A stretch of 64,000 nt of DNA from an uncultured Actinomycetota bacterium. Its GTDB lineage: Bacteria > Actinomycetota > Actinomycetes > S36-B12 > UBA10799. Every line of letters begins with the position of its first letter. Position 1 is the stretch's first letter. The DNA lies in contig CAVYLN010000001.1 in NCBI GenBank assembly GCA_963769435.1, positions 959,768 through 1,023,767 on the forward strand, given 5' to 3'. Below the pieces are notes generated by a model, which had not been told where the DNA came from, did no database searches, and saw only the letters and a program-made list of their open reading frames with translations. The position numbers were made by a program, and so were the translations under genes. This document shows positions 57,958 through 64,000 of the stretch, one piece after another.

Positions 57958-58692
57958 GTGATCGATGCCCTGGCCGCCGCAGTCTTCCTGCTTCCGAGTG
58001 AGGAATCGCCTGCCCCGACCCCGACCCCGACCGCCACGACACAACCGGTTTCGAAGAAGCAGGCTGTCAAGAAGGCACCGCCGATGAAGCAGGTCTACGC
58101 GGGCAAGGCCAAGATCCGCAAGGGCATGCAGGGCAAGTCCGTCCGGCGTATCCAGGAGCAGCTCAACGGCATCGGCAAACCGGCCCCCACGAACGGGGTG
58201 TTCGACAAAGCGACGGTCAAGGCCTACAAGTCGTATCAGGACAAGTTCGGCTACTGGCCCACCGGCAACGTCTCGCAGAAGCAGTCGCTGAAACTCAAGA
58301 AGCTCTACGGGAAAGGCAAACTGCCCCCGATCTGCAAGCGCGGCAAGGTCCTGTGCATCGACAAGACGCAGCTGGTCCTGCGGCTCATGGTCAAGGGTGA
58401 CCAGAAGCTCGTGACTGACGTGCGTTTCGGCGCCGAGCAGACCCCGACCCGTAACGGCAAGCACCGCGTGCACTCGAAGATCCGGTACCTCATCAGCGAT
58501 CTGGCCGGGACCCCGATGCCCTACTCGGTCTTCTTCAGTGGCGGTCAGGCGGTGCACTACTCGCCGGGATTCCACCGTGATGGCTACAACGGGGCCTCAC
58601 TGGGTTGCGTGAACGTCCGGGTCCTCAAGGATGCGCGCGAGATCTACCAGCGGACCTCGGTGGGCACCACCGTTTACGTCTACCGCTCCTAG
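57958..58692 (+). CDS. L,D-transpeptidase with peptidoglycan-binding domain
   Basis: PG-binding segment (VRRIQEQL...NGVFDKAT), [23 protein letters not shown]. Confidence 0.88.
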   Translation: MIDALAAAVFLLPSEESPAPTPTPTATTQPVSKKQAVKKAPPMKQVYAGKAKIRKGMQGKSVRRIQEQLNGIGKPAPTNGVFDKATVKAYKSYQDKFGYWPTGNVSQKQSLKLKKLYGKGKLPPICKRGKVLCIDKTQLVLRLMVKGDQKLVTDVRFGAEQTPTRNGKHRVHSKIRYLISDLAGTPMPYSVFFSGGQAVHYSPGFHRDGYNGASLGCVNVRVLKDAREIYQRTSVGTTVYVYRS

Positions 58693-58741
58693 CCAGCGCG
58701 TCCGGCCGGTGGTGAGCCGGCCGCCGCGCCCACCATGAACA

Positions 58742-60205
58742 ATGGGTCTGGTGCGACGGTGGAACCTGCTGGTGGACCTTGGCCTGGTCCTCGTCTGTGC
58801 GCTGGCCGCCGCGCTGTTGGAGCAGGATGCGAACTGGGATCAGTTGCAGTACCACTACTGGTATCCCTGGCAGTTGTTCCACGGCGGGTTCTCCGATCCG
58901 GACCTCTACGGTGGGCGGTTCCAGAACCCCTTGCCGCAGGTCCCGTTCTACCTGCTGGCCTCGACCCTCCCGCCCCAGATCGCACAGGCCCTGTTGGGCG
59001 GGCTCGCCGGGACCGCCGCGGTCGTGGCCCGCCGGATCGCGCTACGAGTGCTTCCGTACTCCGGCGGAACGCAGATCGTGGCGAGCCTGGCCGCCGCCGT
59101 CCTCGCGGTGGTTGGCGCCGGCTTCCGCAGCGAACTGGGCACCAGCTACTCCGACGTGCTGCTGACTGTGCTGCTGCTCGGAGCCCTACTGCTCGTCATG
59201 CGGTCAAGGCCCTGGCCCGCGCTGTGGGCCGGGGTGCTGGCGGGGGCCTCGGTGGGACTGAAATACACCAGTGCCCCCTTCGCGATCGCCGTGCTGGTCG
59301 CACTGTGGGTGCTCCCCGGAGACCGGCTCAAACGCACCGGCCTGTGGGTCGGGGGTGCTGTGCTCGGGTGGTTCGTGACCGGTGCCGCGTGGGCGTGGAA
59401 CCTGTGGCGCACCTACGACAGCCCGACTTTCCCGTTCTGGAACACCGTCTTCGGCAGTCCGTGGTACCCGACGGCCAACCTGACCGACCAGCGCTACGGC
59501 GTGGAAGGGATCGGGCAGTGGCTCTCGTGGCCGTGGACGATGGCGACCGGCTCCGCCAGAGTGCTCGACCTCCCGGTGCGGGACCCGCGGTGGCTGCTCC
59601 TGGTGCTCGCGGTGGTCCTGATCGCAGTGGGCTGGCGCCGCTTCCCGAACCCCGGCAGGGCCGTCCTCGCGTTCACGTTGGTCGGACTGGTGTTGTGGCT
59701 GGCCGTGTTCGGCGTGATCCGGTACGCGATCCCAGCCGAGATGACCGCAGCGGTACTGGTGGTCTGTGCGCTCGCTCTGTGGCTCAGCCCGCGGGCCGCG
59801 ATCGCGCTGTCGTTGGTTCTGGCGGTGGCGGCCGGTCTGCTCACGCGATCCGCACAGAGCCGCAGGGTGGAGTTCGCGCACAGTTGGTACGAGGTCGAAC
59901 CAGGAGCTTTCGCGGCGATCAGGCCCGGGGATGCCGTCCTCGTCGACGGCCAGTATCCGAGTACGTTCCTGCTCCCCGGCGCACTGCCGCCCGGCGTGCC
60001 GGTGTACGTCGTCCAGAAGGACTTCACGGGCACGCCCATGCTCGGGTGGCTCGAGCAGGAACTGGCGGCGGCAGGACGGGTGTGGGTCGTGACCGGGCGC
60101 CCGCCGTCGCAGGTCGATCCGGCGCTCGGGACCATCGACTACGAGGACTGCACGAGGATCAGGAGCAATGTGGTGGATCGATGGCTCTGTCCGGTGAGAC
60201 TGTGA
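58742..60205 (+). CDS. Multi-pass membrane glycosyltransferase-like protein (GT-C fold)
   Basis: QDANWDQLQYHWY, GLKYT, PTFPFWNTVFGSP, IRYAIP; more than 10 TM. Confidence 0.65.
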   Translation: MGLVRRWNLLVDLGLVLVCALAAALLEQDANWDQLQYHYWYPWQLFHGGFSDPDLYGGRFQNPLPQVPFYLLASTLPPQIAQALLGGLAGTAAVVARRIALRVLPYSGGTQIVASLAAAVLAVVGAGFRSELGTSYSDVLLTVLLLGALLLVMRSRPWPALWAGVLAGASVGLKYTSAPFAIAVLVALWVLPGDRLKRTGLWVGGAVLGWFVTGAAWAWNLWRTYDSPTFPFWNTVFGSPWYPTANLTDQRYGVEGIGQWLSWPWTMATGSARVLDLPVRDPRWLLLVLAVVLIAVGWRRFPNPGRAVLAFTLVGLVLWLAVFGVIRYAIPAEMTAAVLVVCALALWLSPRAAIALSLVLAVAAGLLTRSAQSRRVEFAHSWYEVEPGAFAAIRPGDAVLVDGQYPSTFLLPGALPPGVPVYVVQKDFTGTPMLGWLEQELAAAGRVWVVTGRPPSQVDPALGTIDYEDCTRIRSNVVDRWLCPVRL

Positions 60206-61155
60206 TCACGGCGTGGCACGACGGACACGTCGTCGACGCCGCCATCGCCGCCGGGGCGCACGCCCTCGCCCATCACCACGTGGTCGGGATGCCCACCGAG
60301 ACGGTCTACGGCCTGGCCGCCAGCGCCACTGACTCCGCGGCGGTGAGCCGGGTGTTCGCGATCAAGGGCCGGCCCGCGGACCATCCGGTGATCGTGCACG
60401 TCCGGGGAGCCGACGCCCTCGGGGAATGGGCCCGCGAAGTTCCTGGCTACGCCCGCGATCTCGCCGTTGCGCTGTGGCCCGGGCCGCTCACCCTGGTGGT
60501 GCCGGCTGCCGATCGGGTGCCTCGCTTCGTGACCGGCGGTCAGGACACGGTCGGACTGAGGTGTCCGGCACATCCGGTCGCACTGGCACTCATCGATCGA
60601 GCGGGGCCCGTGGCCGCACCGAGTGCGAACCGCTTCGGTCAGGTCTCCCCCACCAGCGCCGCTGACGTGGTCGCGGACATCGGCCACCTGCTGAGCCCGG
60701 AGGACCTGGTGCTCGACGGTGGCCCCTGCCCGGTCGGTGTGGAGTCGACGATCCTCGACTGCACCGGAGACCGCCCACGAGTGCTGCGCTGGGGGGCGGT
60801 GGAACCCGCTGAGATCCGGGAGGTTGCCGGGGTGGCGGTGAGCGCGGAGACCTCCACCGTGCGCGCTCCCGGCGGGTTGGCCTCGCACTACGCACCTCGG
60901 GCCCGGGTCCGGCTCGGCGCCGACCCTCGACCGGGCGAGGCTTTTCTGGCACTCGCCTGCGAGCCGACCCCTGCCGAGGCCGTGCGCCTGGCCTCCCCGG
61001 CCACCACCCGCGACTACGCGGCGGTGCTCTACCGGGCATTGCGCGACGCCGATGCGCGAGGACTCGGATCGGTTTGCGCAAAGCCCCCCGATGACGGCAG
61101 TGCGTTGAGCACTGCGATCCACGACCGCCTCTCCCGGGCCGCGGCCTCCCGGTAG
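60202..61155 (+). CDS. sua5: L-threonylcarbamoyladenylate synthase (Sua5 type)
   Basis: PTETVYGLAA, KGRPADHP, WPGPLT, APSANRFG, GVESTI, APG.L.SHYAP. Confidence 0.92.
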   Translation: MITAWHDGHVVDAAIAAGAHALAHHHVVGMPTETVYGLAASATDSAAVSRVFAIKGRPADHPVIVHVRGADALGEWAREVPGYARDLAVALWPGPLTLVVPAADRVPRFVTGGQDTVGLRCPAHPVALALIDRAGPVAAPSANRFGQVSPTSAADVVADIGHLLSPEDLVLDGGPCPVGVESTILDCTGDRPRVLRWGAVEPAEIREVAGVAVSAETSTVRAPGGLASHYAPRARVRLGADPRPGEAFLALACEPTPAEAVRLASPATTRDYAAVLYRALRDADARGLGSVCAKPPDDGSALSTAIHDRLSRAAASR

Positions 61156-61237
61156 CGCCTGGCTGGTCGCGGAGTCCCCGTTAGCGCCAGGTTCCCGAAG
61201 TCGACGACGGCACATGCTTTCGCGGCAGACTGTGGGC

Positions 61238-62212
61238 ATGCGCGCTGTGACCATGACCGCCGTCAACGAGATCGCCGCGGGTGAGCGACCGGATCCCGAA
61301 CCCGGCCCGGACGAGGTGCTGATCCGGGTGACGGCATCGGCGGTGTGCCGGACGGACCTGCAGATCCTGCGTGGGGACCTCCCCAGTCACCGGCTCCCGC
61401 TGATCCCCGGCCATCAGGTGGTCGGGGAGGTCCTGACCGCGGGTCCACTGCAGGGCCAGCGGGTCGGCCTGGTCTGGCTGGCCCACGCGTGCGGCGTGTG
61501 CCGCTTCTGCCGGGAGGGCCGCGAGAACCTCTGTCTCAATGCCGAGTTCACCGGCTGGGACCGTGACGGCGGCTACGCGGAACTGGTGACGGCGCACAAG
61601 GACTTCGTGCACCCGCTCCCGGACGGTGACGCGGTGGCCCTGGCACCGTTGCTGTGTGGCGGCGTGATCGGGTTCCGCAGCCTGCGCGTGGCCGGCATCG
61701 GCCCGCATTCGGCCGGGGCCAGGCTGGGACTGTACGGCTTCGGCGCCTCGGCCACCATCGCCATCCAGGTGGCCAGATACTGGGGCTGCGAGGTGTACGT
61801 CGTGACCCGGTCGCAGGACGAGGTTGGGCGCGCACGCGAACTCGGGGCGGCGTGGGCGGGCACGTACGAACAGGACCTCCCCGCCGCGCTGGACGCCGCA
61901 GTCACCTTCGCACCGAGCGGCGACGTGGTCGTCGCCGCGCTGAAGGCCCTCGACCGCGGCGGCACGGTGGCCATCAACGCCATCCATCTCGACCGGATAC
62001 CCCAGATCGACTACGACGACCTGTGGTGGGAACGCAGCCTGCGATCGGTGGCGAACGTGACCCGCGAGGATGTTCGCGACTTCCTCGCGGTCGTGGGGCC
62101 GGCGGAGGTCCGAGCCCAATACGAGGTGCTGCCCCTCGACCAAGCCCCACGAGCCCTGGAACGGGTTGAGTCGGGCGACGTGCGGGGCGCGTTCGTACTC
62201 GCCGAGCACTAG
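61238..62212 (+). CDS. Zinc-binding alcohol dehydrogenase family protein
   Basis: CRTD, PGHQVVG, CGVCRFC...ENLC, LLCGG, LYGFGASA. Confidence 0.92.
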   Translation: MRAVTMTAVNEIAAGERPDPEPGPDEVLIRVTASAVCRTDLQILRGDLPSHRLPLIPGHQVVGEVLTAGPLQGQRVGLVWLAHACGVCRFCREGRENLCLNAEFTGWDRDGGYAELVTAHKDFVHPLPDGDAVALAPLLCGGVIGFRSLRVAGIGPHSAGARLGLYGFGASATIAIQVARYWGCEVYVVTRSQDEVGRARELGAAWAGTYEQDLPAALDAAVTFAPSGDVVVAALKALDRGGTVAINAIHLDRIPQIDYDDLWWERSLRSVANVTREDVRDFLAVVGPAEVRAQYEVLPLDQAPRALERVESGDVRGAFVLAEH

Positions 62213-62222
62213 GGTCGGGCCC

Positions 62223-64000
62223 ATGCTGTCGCGCGCCCGAGCCAGCCTTCTCACGCGCGACACCAATCGGCGAGCACTGCGTCGGGGCGTGCGGGTTGCC
62301 CTGGTGGTTCCCCTCACGCTGGCTGCCCTCACTCAACTCCCCTGGATCTCGCAAGGGGCGCTGTTCGGCGTCTTCTCGTGCCTGGCACTTCTGGTGTTCG
62401 CCGATTTCGGAGGCGACCTTCCCAGGCGGGCCACGTCGTACCTGACGACGACGGCCGCTGGGGTACCGCTGGTGCTGATCGGGGCCTATGCCGGCCAGGC
62501 CCTGTGGTCGTCGGTCCTGATGATGGCCGTGGTGGCCATGATCGTGGGGATTCTGGGAGTGTTGCGAGGACCTGTCACCTCGGCCCAATCCGCGCTACTG
62601 CTCGGAACGGTCATCACATTGACGGCGTCCTCTCCCGAACTGGCGCTGCCCGACGCGGTGGCCTGGATCGCCGGCGGCCTCATCGCAACGGCGGCTGCAA
62701 CGCTACTGTGGCCCGCCCGGCCCTCTCGCCCCATCCGGCGACACATCGCGGAAACCCTCGATGCGGTCGCGGACGCGGTATCCGCGCGATGGGGTCCCGA
62801 TGCTGACCCGGGTGACTTGGCCTCGGCACGCCGACACCTCAACGAGTGCGTGGACAACCTCCACTCCATCTACGACGGCGACCTCGCCCGGCCCAGCGGC
62901 CTCACGTCCTCGGAACGCGCAATGGCCGAACTCGTCGACGAGATCACTCGACTGCGGTACATGCAGAAATGGGAGGATCTCGCCGAACACAAGGACCAGC
63001 GCCTGCGCGCACTCGCCGAGCATCTGGCCGAGGTTTCGATCGCGGGACTGGGCAGTTGCTCCAGTCGGTTGCGCGGCGAGAAGGGGCGGCTGTCCTCACG
63101 ACCGCTGATGGAGGCGCGCCAGCAGAATCTGACCGACGTCAGCGACTGGCTGGGCGACGACCTCGATCCTCCACAGGCGTCCTCCAAGCGACAGCAGATC
63201 GACGACATGTTCCCGTTGCGGATCACGAATCTCGTCACGTCACGGATCATCGACCAGACGATCGCCCTGAAGCCCGAACCAGCCGACGAGCCCTCTGACA
63301 CCGTTGGGGACTCACTGGAGTTGGCGACCGCTCCCCCCACCCGTCCGCCGGGCAAGCGCCAGCGCCTGCGCGCCCACCTGTCCTGGGACTCACCGTGGTT
63401 CCGCAACGCGCTGCGCTCCGCGGTCGCACTGTCCCTGAGCATCGCGGTCGCGAAGATCGGTGAATCTCGAGCACCCGTTCTGGATCGTGCTCGGAACCTT
63501 GAGCGCCTTGCGTTTCGATGCGCTGGGCACGGGGCGCACGGCGCGGCAGGCCCTTGTCGGTACGACCGCCGGTGTCGTGATCGGAGCAGCGCTGATCTGG
63601 GTCTTCGGAGCCAACCCGGTGGTCTGGTGGACCATCTTCCCTGTGACGCTGTTCCTCGCCGCCTACACGCCGGGGACATTCTCGCTAGCCGTCGGACAGG
63701 CAGCATTCAGCCTGGTGGTCATCGTGATGTTCTCCATCATCAGTCCGGCCCGGCTCGACACGGCCACGGCCCGACTCGTCGACGTCGCGTTGGGCCTGGC
63801 GATCAGCCTCATCGTGAGCGTTCTCCTGTGGCCGCGCGGAGTGGTCCAGACCCTCAATCGGCGCTTCGCCGACGCGATGACCGCAGCCTGCGATTTCTAC
63901 GTCGCGTCGGTGGACTGGATGGCCGGCGGTGCCATCGACCGCCGACTGCTCGCAGGGTTCCGCCAGCGCAGTTTCGAGGCGCGCGACCGGGCGACCGAGG
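62223..64000 (+). CDS. FUSC-family membrane protein, frameshift near 63460, runs off window
   Basis: LRRGVRVAL, LVFADFGG, SPWFRNALRSAVAL, LEHPFWIVLGTLSALR, RLVDVALG, LLWPRG. Confidence 0.85.
   Translation, partial: MLSRARASLLTRDTNRRALRRGVRVALVVPLTLAALTQLPWISQGALFGVFSCLALLVFADFGGDLPRRATSYLTTTAAGVPLVLIGAYAGQALWSSVLMMAVVAMIVGILGVLRGPVTSAQSALLLGTVITLTASSPELALPDAVAWIAGGLIATAAATLLWPARPSRPIRRHIAETLDAVADAVSARWGPDADPGDLASARRHLNECVDNLHSIYDGDLARPSGLTSSERAMAELVDEITRLRYMQKWEDLAEHKDQRLRALAEHLAEVSIAGLGSCSSRLRGEKGRLSSRPLMEARQQNLTDVSDWLGDDLDPPQASSKRQQIDDMFPLRITNLVTSRIIDQTIALKPEPADEPSDTVGDSLELATAPPTRPPGKRQRLRAHLSWDSPWFRNALRSAVALSLSIAVAKIGESRAPVLDRARNLERLAFRCAGHGAHGAAGPCRYDRRCRDRSSADLGLRSQPGGLVDHLPCDAVPRRLHAGDILASRRTGSIQPGGHRDVLHHQSGPARHGHGPTRRRRVGPGDQPHRERSPVAARSGPDPQSALRRRDDRSLRFLRRVGGLDGRRCHRPPTARRVPPAQFRGARPGDR

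Overview
High-GC actinobacterial chromosomal segment. It carries the conserved actinomycete core run hemB-cobA/hemD-hemC-hemA-rex-glutaredoxin-acyl-CoA ligase / HAD-IB / acyltransferase-epimerase-bS22-acuC / proC / proline dehydrogenase / ppx / radA-disA / mutY / clpC, flanked by accessory genes. Accessory content includes fadA/fadB, an S1P-lyase-like gene coupled to an FGGY kinase, and a diverged DUF309 duplication around a headless ALDH. It also includes a TPP-riboswitch thiBPQ, a CsoR/CstR-type operator before a CxxC protein plus TDT channel, a DUF222-HNH element, an OatA-like acyltransferase and crcB-DUF190-crcB. Directly upstream of clpC lies a mannosylfructose/sucrose-phosphate-synthase-like gene followed by an apparent HAD phosphatase-glycoside hydrolase fusion, with a GH63 gene nearby. 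About 16 genes, including conserved housekeeping ones, contain single-base frameshifts that are most likely long-read indel errors, so those CDSs are reported as reconstructed spans. No rRNA, tRNA, CRISPR array or prophage was seen. All family assignments come from motif recognition by eye, not database searches.
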